From NCBI GenBank assembly GCA_965652295.1, contig CBFGTS010000009.1:32001-96000 (forward strand): DNA of 64,000 nucleotides. The letters are read 5' to 3'. This DNA is from an uncultured Haloferula sp. Lineage in GTDB: Bacteria > Verrucomicrobiota > Verrucomicrobiia > Verrucomicrobiales > Akkermansiaceae. The first letter of the stretch is position 1. Each line of letters begins with the position of its first letter. Both the position numbers and the translations under genes were made by a program. Shown piece after piece: positions 37,044 through 46,377 of this stretch. The notes below the pieces were generated by a model. That model was not told the origin of the DNA, searched no databases, and saw only the letters and a program-made list of their open reading frames with translations.

Positions 37044-37999
37044 TCGGGCTTCTTCTCCCGCTCGGCGGGGATCGGCGCCGGCGCTTCCTTCAGCACCGCC
37101 TCCACGTCCGGCAGGGAAAGGCGAGGGTTCTCCTGCCCGGGATAAATGTCGAGGTTCTCGTTCAGCTCGTCCTCGGTGACGGGCGAGGATTTCACCCCAC
37201 CCTCCGGCACCTCCATCCCGGCCGTCCAGACGATCGCGTTCAGCACCACGGTGCGGAAGCGGTCGAGCGCCCAGTTTTTATGGTAATGCCCGCCCACGAA
37301 CCCGACGCCGCGGCCGCCATCATCCCGCCGCACACCCCACATCAGCGTCTGCTCCTTTCCCATCCCCTCGGCTCCGCGCCAGCTCCACATGTTGATGTAG
37401 CGGCGCATCCGGTCACGGGTCGGCACCGCGGTCACGAGGTCCAGCACCGCCTCGCGGTCCTCCTGGAAACGCATGTTGTAGTAGAATTCGTCGAAAGCCT
37501 CGAAATCCTCCGGCAGCCCGCGCGCGATCGGGTGATCATGGTTCACCTCCAGCTTCGCGACCCAGTGCGGGTTCACGGAGAAATCATCCTCCATCGTCGC
37601 GCCCACCCAGCTGCGTTGCCAGGCGTCGGCGTTCTCTTTGCTCGGGTGGACGGCGTAGTGCATGAACATCAGGCCCTTGCCCTGCTTCGCGAGTCCGTCG
37701 AGGAATTCCCACTCGCCCGCGATGCCCGAGGAGGCGTCGCAGTAGATCACGATCGCGTCCGCCTGTTCCAAAGTCCCGCGGGCCTTCACCGGCCAATCGG
37801 AACCCACCACCGTCGCCCGCACGTCGAGACCGCTCTCCTCGTTCAGCGCCCTCGCCAGCAGCAGGCACCCCGCACGGAATTCGTGCTCGCCCGAGGCATG
37901 GCTGCGATCGCCCGCAATGAAAACGATCTCCTTCTCCGCGGCCATTGCCGCACCCGCCAGACTCCCCGCCATCCACGCGCTCATCATCATTCGTTTCAT
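37040..37999 (-). CDS. ThuA-like domain exported protein
   Basis: Signal peptide; IVFIAG..SH..GEHE..AG, G.GL...HYA, HPI..G, DE.YY, GGR..G..GGH. Confidence 0.85.
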   Translation of the reverse strand: MKRMMMSAWMAGSLAGAAMAAEKEIVFIAGDRSHASGEHEFRAGCLLLARALNEESGLDVRATVVGSDWPVKARGTLEQADAIVIYCDASSGIAGEWEFLDGLAKQGKGLMFMHYAVHPSKENADAWQRSWVGATMEDDFSVNPHWVAKLEVNHDHPIARGLPEDFEAFDEFYYNMRFQEDREAVLDLVTAVPTRDRMRRYINMWSWRGAEGMGKEQTLMWGVRRDDGGRGVGFVGGHYHKNWALDRFRTVVLNAIVWTAGMEVPEGGVKSSPVTEDELNENLDIYPGQENPRLSLPDVEAVLKEAPAPIPAEREKKPE

Positions 38000-38170
38000 G
38001 ATCCCCTTGATACGCGGTCGGTTCCGCATCCTTCCAGCATCAAAACGCAACGGGCCCCAAGCTCGGGACGGAAAGAACCGGAGATGCAGGGGATGAACGC
38101 CGATGGGGTTCCAATCACCGGTCGTCTGGAAGGCTTCGAGGTGGTTCCCGGTTGGACCGGCAATCTTCCA

Positions 38171-38267
38171 GGCACGGAGAAGCTGAGGAAGACGGAGGTC
38201 ACTGAGCCGGAAAACCTTTCATCCTGCCTTTCTCCGTGATCTCCGTATATCTCCGTCCCATCGGTGA
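38171..38267. repeat. Inverted arrays of ~9-nt ACGGAG / CTCCGT repeats
   Basis: CACGGAG 38173, GACGGAG 38191, CACTGAG 38200; CTCCGTG 38232, CTCCGTA 38241, CTCCGTC 38251. Confidence 0.65.
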
Positions 38268-38454
38268 TGGAAAAGGCAGTTTGGGACCTGGATGTCTGGA
38301 CCCCGTGTTCAGCTGCGGAGGAAGCGGAATGGCTGCTACCCATGATCCGCACTGGCCCGATTGACCTGCCTGAGCGGACCCGCGACCTTTCCAGCTCGCA
38401 TTCCTTCCATCCCGGGTGAATATTCCACGGTCGAATCCCATCCAAAAGCGGACC

Positions 38455-38718
38455 ATGAAAAACCATATCCTCCATTTCGCCGCCCTCGCCCTGCTTCCGG
38501 TGCTGGCCGTCTCATGCATGACCACCTACGACGCCTACGGCCGCCCGGTCCAAAGCGTCGATCCGGGTGCCGCCACGGCCATCGCCGTCGGGGCCGCCGC
38601 CCTTGGCGTGGCCGCCGGTCGCAAATACCGCGGGCGTGACGTCTACTACTACCACGGCCGCCCGGCCTACTACCACGGTGGCCGTCGTTACTGGGTGCCC
38701 CGCCACCATCACTGGTGA
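38455..38718 (+). CDS. Small lipoprotein with Tyr/His/Arg-rich tail
   Basis: Lipobox AVSC, MTTYDAYGRPVQSVDPG, Gly/Ala zipper-like segment. Confidence 0.75.
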   Translation: MKNHILHFAALALLPVLAVSCMTTYDAYGRPVQSVDPGAATAIAVGAAALGVAAGRKYRGRDVYYYHGRPAYYHGGRRYWVPRHHHW

Positions 38719-39827
38719 TCCGCCGCTAGCCCGCACAGCACTTGCGCACCGGCCCGGAGCTTGTCGTCCGGGACGGTGTAGCACATCCGGAAATGGCTGT
38801 CCTTTTCACTGAACACCCCGCCCGGGATGACCAGCACGTTGTGGGCGATCGCCTTCTCGACGAAACTTGTCCCGGTGAAACCCTCCGGCGCTTTCGCCCA
38901 CAGGTAAAACGCGCCGTCCGGCGGGCCGATCTCGAAGCTGTCGCCGAGTAGCCCGACCATCAAATCGCGCTTCGCCCGGTAGCGGTCGATGTAGGGCTCC
39001 AGCACCACCTCCGGAGCCGCCAACGCGGCGAACTGCGTGACCGAGGGCGCGCAGACGAAGCTGTATTGCTGCACCTTGGTCATCGCCCCGATCACGTCTG
39101 CCGGCCCGCAGGCATAGCCAAGCCGCCAGCCGGTCATGCCGTAGGCCTTCGAATGCCCCGCCAGCACCAGGGTGTCCTCGTAAATCTCGGCCATCGAAAC
39201 CATCTCGGTGTAGGCGAAATGGCGGTAGATCTCATCACTGATCACCAGCACGCCGTGCTTCCGGCAAACCTCCGCCACGCCCTCCAGCTCGCTGCGCGAA
39301 AGAATGCGCCCGGTGGGATTGGCGGGGGAATTCAGGAGCAGCAGCTTGGTTTTCGGAGTGATCAGGCTTTCCAGCCGCTCCGGATCGATCCCGAACGCCG
39401 CATCGTAGGTATCCAAATACACCGGCACCCCGCCGAACAGCCGCACGAGGTGCTTGTACATCACGAAATACGGGTCCGGCACGATCACCTCGTCGCCTTC
39501 ATTGATCAGCGCCAACAGCGCCAGGAACAGCCCGCCACTCACGCCGGAAGTGACCAGCGTTTCCGCCTCCGACCACTCGCGCCCGGTGAAAGCCTTCTCG
39601 TCCGCCCGCAGCATGTCCCGCAGCTCCGCGAGCCCTTGGGTCGGCGTGTAGGTGTTGCGCCCGGCATCAATCGCCGCGTGCGCCGCCTGCTTGATTTCAT
39701 CCGGCACATCGAAGTCCGGCTGACCGATCGACAGGTTGATCGGGTCCTTCATCTGGCGCGCCAGGTCGAAGACCTTGCGGATTCCGGAGGCATCGATGAC
39801 CGAAGTGCGGTGGGCGAGTCGTGACAT
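38709..39827 (-). CDS. PLP-dependent aminotransferase class I/II
   Basis: INLSIGQPDF, NSPANPTG, SDEIY, SKAYGMTGWRLG, GAFY. Confidence 0.93.
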   Translation of the reverse strand: MSRLAHRTSVIDASGIRKVFDLARQMKDPINLSIGQPDFDVPDEIKQAAHAAIDAGRNTYTPTQGLAELRDMLRADEKAFTGREWSEAETLVTSGVSGGLFLALLALINEGDEVIVPDPYFVMYKHLVRLFGGVPVYLDTYDAAFGIDPERLESLITPKTKLLLLNSPANPTGRILSRSELEGVAEVCRKHGVLVISDEIYRHFAYTEMVSMAEIYEDTLVLAGHSKAYGMTGWRLGYACGPADVIGAMTKVQQYSFVCAPSVTQFAALAAPEVVLEPYIDRYRAKRDLMVGLLGDSFEIGPPDGAFYLWAKAPEGFTGTSFVEKAIAHNVLVIPGGVFSEKDSHFRMCYTVPDDKLRAGAQVLCGLAADHQ

Positions 39828-39885
39828 GCGCGTTTCTCTGCCAGCCCCCGCCCCAGGACACAAGACGGCTTCCCGGAATTTGAAA

Positions 39886-39921
39886 GCAGGATGAAACGGC
39901 TCGAAAGGATGGGCAGGATAA
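39886..39921. repeat. 9-nt periodic AGGAT repeat
   Basis: AGGAT at 39888, 39906 and 39915, degenerate CGGCT at 39897. Confidence 0.55.
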
Positions 39922-39992
39922 AAACCGGACTCCGCCACTTCTCCCCGGTTTCCCTTCCCCAAACCCGCGAGCCGGTCTAGACCCCGCACCCC

Positions 39993-42599
39993 ATGCAGCC
40001 ACCCCGCCCCGGACAACGTTGGGTCTCCACCTCCGAACCCGCCCTCGGCCTCGGCATCGTGCTCTCCACCAGCGAGGGCCGCGTCGAACTGCACTTCCCC
40101 GCCGCCGAGGAAACCCGGCTCTACGCCCTCGATACCGCCCCGGTCGTCCGCGTCCGTTTCAAGGAAGGCGACGCCGTGGCCGACCACACCGGCCGCGAGT
40201 TCCGCATCACCGGCATCCGCGAGGAAAGCGGCCGCCTGACCTACCTCGATGGCAAAACCGAGATCCCCGAGGCCGCCCTGCTCGACACCCTCAGCTTCAC
40301 CTCGCCTGAGGAACGACTGCTCGCCGGCATGTGCGACGATCCCGGCGACTTCGACCTCCGGCGCCGTGTGCTCGACATGTCCACCCAGCTCCGCCGCTCG
40401 CCCGCCCGTGGCTTTCTCGGCGCGCGCATCGATCTCATCCCGCACCAGTTCGCGATCGTCGCCGAGGCCTGTCGCCGCCCGCACCCGCGCCTGCTGCTGG
40501 CCGATGAAGTCGGCCTCGGCAAAACCATCGAAGCCTGCCTGATCCTCCACCACCTGCACCTCACCGGCCGCGCCGACCGCGTGCTGATCCTCGTCCCCGA
40601 GCCACTCATCCACCAGTGGTTCGTCGAGCTCCTGCGCCGCTTCAACCTGCTCTTCGCTCTCTTCGACGAAGCCCGCTGCGAGTCGATCCGCGCCCACGAC
40701 CCGGAGGCGAACCCCTTCGCCGATTCCCAACTCGTGCTCGCACCCGTCGGCCTCCTTGCTGGAAATGACGAACTCACCCGGCTCGCCGCCGACTCCGGCT
40801 TCGACCTGCTGGTCGTCGATGAAGCCCATCACCTCGAATGGTCGCCAACAGAGAAATCCCCCGCCTACGCCGCGGTCGAAACCCTCGCCGCCGGCATTCC
40901 CTCACTGCTGCTGCTCACCGCCACTCCGCAGCAGCTCGGAGCCGAAGGCCACTTCGCCCGTCTGCGCCTGCTCGACCCCGCCCGCTACGGCGACCTCCGT
41001 ACTTTCCTCGACGAAGCGGAGAACTATGGCGGCCTCGTCCAGCGGATCGAGTCCCTTCCCGCCGGCTCCGGCGAGGCGCGCGAACTGATCGACCGCTTCG
41101 GCACCGGCCGCGTGCTTTTCCGCAACACCCGTCGCCGGCTCGAAGGCTTTCCCCTGCGCCTGCCGCAGCTCCACCCCCTCGCCGCCGATCAATCCCCCTA
41201 CACCTGGCTTGCCGAGCTGCTGCGTTCCCTTCCGGAAAACGAAAAAGTCCTGCTCATCACCGGCAGCCCCGAGGCCGCGGAGAAGATCCGCGAGAAGCTA
41301 CTGGAGGAGATCCACGTCGAGCTGACCGTCTTCACCGAGGACCTCACCCTGCTCCAGCGCGATCGCAACGCGGCCTGGTTCGCCGATCCCGAAGGCGCAC
41401 GCATCCTGATCTGCTCGGAGATCGGCAGCGAGGGCCGCAACTTCCAGTTCGCCCATCACCTCGTCCTCTTCGGGCTGCCGCGCGATCCCGAGCTGCTCGA
41501 GCAGCGGATCGGTCGCCTCGACCGCATCGGCCAGACCGCCGACATCCACATCCACGTTCCCTACGGGGAAAACAGTAGCTCGGAGCGCCACGCCCGCTGG
41601 CTGCACGAGGGACTCGATGCCTTTTCCCACCCCCTGCGCGGTGCCTCGACGCTGGCCGCCGAATTCCTGCCCCAGCTCGAGGCCCTCGGCGATGACCCCG
41701 CCGCGCTCCGCGACCTCATCCAGCGCAGCACCGCACGCGCCACGGAAATCGCCGGGCAGCTCGACTCCGGGCACGACCGCCTGCTCGAGCTCAGCGCGCC
41801 GCCCGCCACGGATGCGGAGGAACTGATCGCCCAGGTTCAGAGCCACGACGAGGACGCCGGCTTCGAGCGCTTCGTCATCCGACTCTTCGACCGGCTCGGC
41901 CTCGACGTCTCGGACCTCTTCGCCCGCGCCTATCATTTCGCCCGCGGCCAGCGTCTCAGCGAAACCTTCGCCGATCTACCCGAGGAAGGACTTTCCGCCA
42001 CCTTCGATCGCGAGACAGCCCTTGCCCGCGAAGACGTCGCCCTGCTCACCGCCGACCACCCGCTGGTCCGCGGATCGATCGACCATTTCCTCACCTCCGA
42101 GTCCGGCAACGCCACCTTCGCCCGTTGGGAAGGCGGACGCGGAAAGGGCATCCTGCTGGAAGCCTGCTACGTGCTCGAAACACCCGCGCCTGCCCGCCTC
42201 CATCTCGACCGCTTCCTGCCGCCGACGGCCATCCGCGTGATGACCAACCATCAGGGCAGCGATCTTTCCGACAAGCCCGTTCCCACGCCTCTGGTCTCAG
42301 GAAACGCCCGCAAGCTCGTCCAACAGCCCGCCTTCCGCGACAAGGTCTTCCCCACGCTTATCGATAAAACCCGCGAGCTGGCCGAATCTCGCACCACCGA
42401 TCCCGCCGCGGCCGCCCGCCTTGCGGCCACGGAGGAGTTCACCCGGGAAATCGACCGCCTGCGCGACCTTGCCACCCGCAATCCGCACGTCAGCGAGGAC
42501 GAAATCGCGCAGCTCGAAAAGCTCCGCGACGAGACCCTCGCCCATCTCGACCACCCCCGCCTGCGCCTCGACAGCCTGCGGCTGATCTGGTGCAGCTGA
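39993..42599 (+). CDS. rapA: RNA polymerase-associated SNF2 ATPase RapA/HepA
   Basis: GQRW.S..E..LGLG, LLADEVGLGKTIEA, DEAH, LTATP, SEIGSEGRNFQ, EQRIGRLDRIGQ, RLDSLRLI. Confidence 0.93.
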   Translation: MQPPRPGQRWVSTSEPALGLGIVLSTSEGRVELHFPAAEETRLYALDTAPVVRVRFKEGDAVADHTGREFRITGIREESGRLTYLDGKTEIPEAALLDTLSFTSPEERLLAGMCDDPGDFDLRRRVLDMSTQLRRSPARGFLGARIDLIPHQFAIVAEACRRPHPRLLLADEVGLGKTIEACLILHHLHLTGRADRVLILVPEPLIHQWFVELLRRFNLLFALFDEARCESIRAHDPEANPFADSQLVLAPVGLLAGNDELTRLAADSGFDLLVVDEAHHLEWSPTEKSPAYAAVETLAAGIPSLLLLTATPQQLGAEGHFARLRLLDPARYGDLRTFLDEAENYGGLVQRIESLPAGSGEARELIDRFGTGRVLFRNTRRRLEGFPLRLPQLHPLAADQSPYTWLAELLRSLPENEKVLLITGSPEAAEKIREKLLEEIHVELTVFTEDLTLLQRDRNAAWFADPEGARILICSEIGSEGRNFQFAHHLVLFGLPRDPELLEQRIGRLDRIGQTADIHIHVPYGENSSSERHARWLHEGLDAFSHPLRGASTLAAEFLPQLEALGDDPAALRDLIQRSTARATEIAGQLDSGHDRLLELSAPPATDAEELIAQVQSHDEDAGFERFVIRLFDRLGLDVSDLFARAYHFARGQRLSETFADLPEEGLSATFDRETALAREDVALLTADHPLVRGSIDHFLTSESGNATFARWEGGRGKGILLEACYVLETPAPARLHLDRFLPPTAIRVMTNHQGSDLSDKPVPTPLVSGNARKLVQQPAFRDKVFPTLIDKTRELAESRTTDPAAAARLAATEEFTREIDRLRDLATRNPHVSEDEIAQLEKLRDETLAHLDHPRLRLDSLRLIWCS

Positions 42600-42609
42600 G
42601 CTGCCCACC

Positions 42610-42723
42610 AGTGGCATGACCGTCCCGGTCATGAAAGGTTGAGCCCGAACCCATCCCGGGAGATGGCCATGTCATGGAGCGGTTTCCGCTTCTGCGTTCA
42701 TGACCGAGGACGGTCATGCCACT
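42610..42723. repeat. REPIN-like inverted REP doublet
   Basis: AGTGGCATGACCGTCCCGGTCATGAA (42610-42635) and its reverse complement with one extra base (42697-42723). Each is GTGG plus palindrome CATGACCG/CGGTCATG. Confidence 0.85.
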
Positions 42724-42733
42724 GACAGGCATC

Positions 42734-44065
42734 TCAAACCGTCGCCATCTCAGCCTGCGTCTTCGAAGTACGAACCGCATAGTGCTCGGGCGGCTGCGTA
42801 TCCCAGACGAGGTGCTTCGTCGACCATCCCACCAACCCGCGGCCATACCGGCTGCGGGTCGTCACCCCCGAGACCATCCGCGTGATATGGCCGGTCAGGT
42901 GCTTTTCCATCAAAGACGGAAGCTGCCATTTCCCGTAGGCCTCGCGCAGCTTCGTGCCGGCCTCGTACATCGAGAACATCCGTCCGTCGTAGAAATATTC
43001 GATGATCTCGCCCCACGCGGCGTGCCAATCGAGCATCTCCTCCTTCACCTTCTCCAGCCGCTTCGCCATCTTCTGCGGCTGGTCGAGCACCTTCGGCCCG
43101 CTGGCGAAAACCTTCTCGTCGAGCAGCTCCGCCATGTGCATCGCCATGAAAAGCCCCGGCGAAAGCATCGGATCGACAAAGCCGAACGAGTCCCCCGCCG
43201 AGATCCAGCCCGGTCCATGCGCACGATCGGAGATGAGCTGGTAGTTGGTATAGGTTTTCACCTCGGTGACACGTTTCCGGTTCTTTCCCGGCCCGGCAAG
43301 GATCGGCTGCGAGTCGATGATCGACTCCATCCGTTCCTCCGCGGTGTCGCCGTGCTGTTTGGCGATCTCCTTGTCGATCACCACGCCCACCGACAGCCGG
43401 CCGGGCAGCGGAATCCGCCAGCTCCAGCCGTGGTCCAGAATGGAAATCACCACCTGTCCCTCGGTCATGCTGGTCGCTTCGAAATCTTCATAGTGGGCGA
43501 AGTAGGCCACGTCATTCCGCGTGCCCTTTTTCGCCGTCAGGCCCAGCACCTTCGCAAAGGCACGCGTGCGGCCGGTGGCATCGACGAGCAACTTCGGATG
43601 CGCTCCCCCAAGCTCCGGCACGACCGAAAGCGTTTCCGGGGAGAGCCGCACTTCGCGCTCATCATCGCCTTTCTCCACCGACGCCCGGTGGTTCACGAAC
43701 ACCACGCCCAGTTCCTCCGCGCGGTCGCGCAGCAGGTTGTCGAACTCCGGACGCGGGATGTTGTAGGAGTAGTTCGGCGTTTTCCCGAGCACCCCGGCAG
43801 GGAAAAGGAAATCAAGCCGCTGGCCATCGCGATGCACGAAGGCAACGCCAGGCTTGAACTGCGAGAACTGCTTCACCCGATCCTCGATCCCGAGGCGGCG
43901 CATGAGATCGACCACGGTCGGCAGCAACGATTCGCCCACCAGCAGCTCGGGACGACGTTCGTCATCGAAACAGATGACCTTGAAACCCCGCTTCACCAAC
44001 AGCGCTCCCAGCGTGCTCCCCGCCGGCCCGGCCCCCAAAATCCCCACGTCGAACGCGTCGCTCAT
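42734..44065 (-). CDS. Flavin-dependent halogenase-like oxidoreductase
   Basis: GAGPAG, GESLLP, KPG, R..FD..L, WSWRIP (WxWxIP), GDSFGFVDPMLSPG. Confidence 0.85.
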   Translation of the reverse strand: MSDAFDVGILGAGPAGSTLGALLVKRGFKVICFDDERRPELLVGESLLPTVVDLMRRLGIEDRVKQFSQFKPGVAFVHRDGQRLDFLFPAGVLGKTPNYSYNIPRPEFDNLLRDRAEELGVVFVNHRASVEKGDDEREVRLSPETLSVVPELGGAHPKLLVDATGRTRAFAKVLGLTAKKGTRNDVAYFAHYEDFEATSMTEGQVVISILDHGWSWRIPLPGRLSVGVVIDKEIAKQHGDTAEERMESIIDSQPILAGPGKNRKRVTEVKTYTNYQLISDRAHGPGWISAGDSFGFVDPMLSPGLFMAMHMAELLDEKVFASGPKVLDQPQKMAKRLEKVKEEMLDWHAAWGEIIEYFYDGRMFSMYEAGTKLREAYGKWQLPSLMEKHLTGHITRMVSGVTTRSRYGRGLVGWSTKHLVWDTQPPEHYAVRTSKTQAEMATV

Positions 44066-44199
44066 GCCGCGTTTCTTACTGCCAATCCGTCACCGCTCAA
44101 ACCGGAAATTCGCACACTTGGGCCAAGCTCCCACTTCCGATTTCCGTTTCCCCGTTGGACTCGTCCGTTTCCTCGGCTAAAGCTCCCGCAACCGAAATC

Positions 44200-44832
44200 A
44201 TGCTCCGCTTTTCCCTCTTCGGCATTCCCATCGTCGTCCAGCCGTGGTTCTGGGCCACGCTCGCCCTCTTCGGTGGTGCGATCAGCGCACGTGACCCCGA
44301 ATCCATTCTGCGGGTCGTTCTGTTCATCCTCGCCGGCTTCCTCTCGATTTTGGTCCACGAACTCGGCCACGCCCTCACCGCAAAGTCCTTTGGTGCCTGG
44401 CCGAACATCGTGCTCCAAGCCTTCGGCGGCTACGCAACCTACGACGGTCGCGGGATCACCCGCGGCAAGGATCTCCTGATCACCGCCGCCGGACCTGCCG
44501 TCCAGATCCTGCTCGGGCTTATTTTCCTCGGCGTTCTTTTGTTCGTGCCGCTGCCCACGCCACCCGCCCAGGCGTTTGTGGAATTCGTGGCGGTCATCAG
44601 CATCTTTTGGGCAGTGCTCAATCTGGTTCCGGTCATCCCGCTTGATGGCGGCCGCCTGGTCGCCGCCATGCTCGGGCCGGGTAAGCAATTGCTCGCCCAC
44701 AAGATCAGCATCGTGACCGCCATCGCAGCCGGGGTCGGGTCCATGTATTATCTCAACAGCTTCATTTTCCCGATCTTCATGCTGCTGATGGCCCACCAGA
44801 ACTGGCAGGCTGTGCAATACCTGAAGCGCTGA
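44200..44832 (+). CDS. Site-2 protease (M50) family membrane metalloprotease
   Basis: HELGH, AAGP, NLVPVIPLDGG. Confidence 0.9.
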   Translation: MLRFSLFGIPIVVQPWFWATLALFGGAISARDPESILRVVLFILAGFLSILVHELGHALTAKSFGAWPNIVLQAFGGYATYDGRGITRGKDLLITAAGPAVQILLGLIFLGVLLFVPLPTPPAQAFVEFVAVISIFWAVLNLVPVIPLDGGRLVAAMLGPGKQLLAHKISIVTAIAAGVGSMYYLNSFIFPIFMLLMAHQNWQAVQYLKR

Positions 44833-44839
44833 CAAAGCT

Positions 44840-45577
44840 TCAGACAAACATCCGCACCGCGGCGATCGCGGCGAAGGCGAGGATCATCCACTCGAATCCC
44901 CGCTGCGGCACGCGGTGAAGCAGGCTTTTCCCGACCAGGATGCCCGCGACGATCGCCGGGGCGAGCATCAGGTCGGCGGTGAGGGAATCGAGGTGGATCG
45001 TGCCGAGATTGCGGTTCAAGGGCACCTTGATCAGGTTCACCAGCAGGAAGAAGCGCGCGCCGATTCCGATCAGCTCCATCTTCGGGATGCTCCGCGACAG
45101 CAGGTAGAGCTGGAAAACAGGCCCGGCGGCGTTGGCCAGCATGGTGGTCACGCCGGCCGCCACGCCCGCACCGGTCCCGAAAGCTCGATGACCGGCGATT
45201 TTCTCCAGAACCCCCGGCCGGGCGAACCTCAGCCCCTGGAGTGCGAGCATCAGCAGAATCAGCACCCCGATCAGCCGGCGGGCGAACATTTCCTCCACGT
45301 TCCCCAGCAACCACCAACCCAGCGCCAGACCGACAACCGTGGCGGGCAGGAGTTTCCACACATCCTGCCAGCTGCCGTGCTTGCGAAAAGCGGGATACAC
45401 GCAGAGGTCGGCAATGAGCAACAGCGGCAACGCGAAGCCCGCCTGCGCCTTCGCCCCGAACATCTGGGTGAAGATCGCCACCGCGATCAGCGAAGTCCCG
45501 CTGAAGCCCGACTTGGCAAAGCCGATGCAGAACGCCGCCACCCCCGCCAGCACCCAATTTTCCCATCCGGAAATCAC
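44840..45577 (-). CDS. TauE/SafE family sulfite exporter
   Basis: GFAKSGFSG, LPLL..AD, TMLANAAGP, FF.LVNL.K.P; ~8 TMs. Confidence 0.88.
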   Translation of the reverse strand: MISGWENWVLAGVAAFCIGFAKSGFSGTSLIAVAIFTQMFGAKAQAGFALPLLLIADLCVYPAFRKHGSWQDVWKLLPATVVGLALGWWLLGNVEEMFARRLIGVLILLMLALQGLRFARPGVLEKIAGHRAFGTGAGVAAGVTTMLANAAGPVFQLYLLSRSIPKMELIGIGARFFLLVNLIKVPLNRNLGTIHLDSLTADLMLAPAIVAGILVGKSLLHRVPQRGFEWMILAFAAIAAVRMFV

Positions 45578-45662
45578 GGACCGTTGTTAGGCGCAGGGCC
45601 GCCGTCCCGCAAGACAGACCCGGAGCTTGCCCGCTCACCCCGATTCCCCCACCGTGCGCTTC

Positions 45663-46175
45663 ATGGAGAATCCTTACGCCTCCTCGCCCGCGGGGAACAA
45701 TCCAGCTCCCGGCAGCTCCGATCCCGGAATTTCCCAGCAGGCGATCCAAGCATTGGCCGGCACCAAACCATGGGTCCGCCTTTGCTCGGTGATCGGCTTC
45801 ATCGGCAGCGGATTCATGGTCCTCGGCGGGATCTTCATGATCCTGGGAGGCGCCGTGGGGCTGTCCCAGATCTCCGAGTCCTCGCCGCTGGGCTTCGCCC
45901 CCCTGGCCCTGATGGGGTTTGTTTACCTCATCCTCGCCTTTCTCTACATCTATCCGTCCGTCAAACTCTGGGCCTACGGGAGCCGGATCGTGGAGCTGAT
46001 GTCCAGCCGCGCCGAAGTCGATCTCATCGCCGCCCTGGACGCGCAGCGGGCCTTCTGGAAATTCGTCGGCATCATGATCAGCATCGTCATCGGGATCTAC
46101 ATCGTCGCGGCCGTCATCGGAGTCATCGTGCTCATCTTCGGAGCCGCCGCAGCGAGTTCCGCAGCCAGCCCGTAG
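45663..46175 (+). CDS. DUF5362-like membrane protein
   Basis: NPYA.., L..TKPW.R..S..GF, Y.YP...L..Y, Q..FWKF.G. Confidence 0.8.
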   Translation: MENPYASSPAGNNPAPGSSDPGISQQAIQALAGTKPWVRLCSVIGFIGSGFMVLGGIFMILGGAVGLSQISESSPLGFAPLALMGFVYLILAFLYIYPSVKLWAYGSRIVELMSSRAEVDLIAALDAQRAFWKFVGIMISIVIGIYIVAAVIGVIVLIFGAAAASSAASP

Positions 46176-46377
46176 CCAGCTTGCTGGGAGCGGCGAAACA
46201 CGTTCGCCGTGAACCGCCAAAAGAGGCGGCTCCCGGAAACCACTTCCGGTGGATCGGTTCCGCCGTCTCCGAGCATTCAGAGTAGGATGGCCGCGAGCAG
46301 AGCGTGCCGGGCAATCCACCTGCGGCTGCATTTTGAAGTTTGAAAGCCACCGTTTCCCGCCTACCCCTCGCCCCGAC

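Noticed and set aside
39828..40832. 707-aa aminotransferase fusion
   Set aside because: The extension is antisense to rapA; the real start is ATG at 39827.
44128..44156. Short pyrimidine-rich repeats (also at ~820 and ~30262)
   Set aside because: Only two or three degenerate units each; too weak to call as elements.
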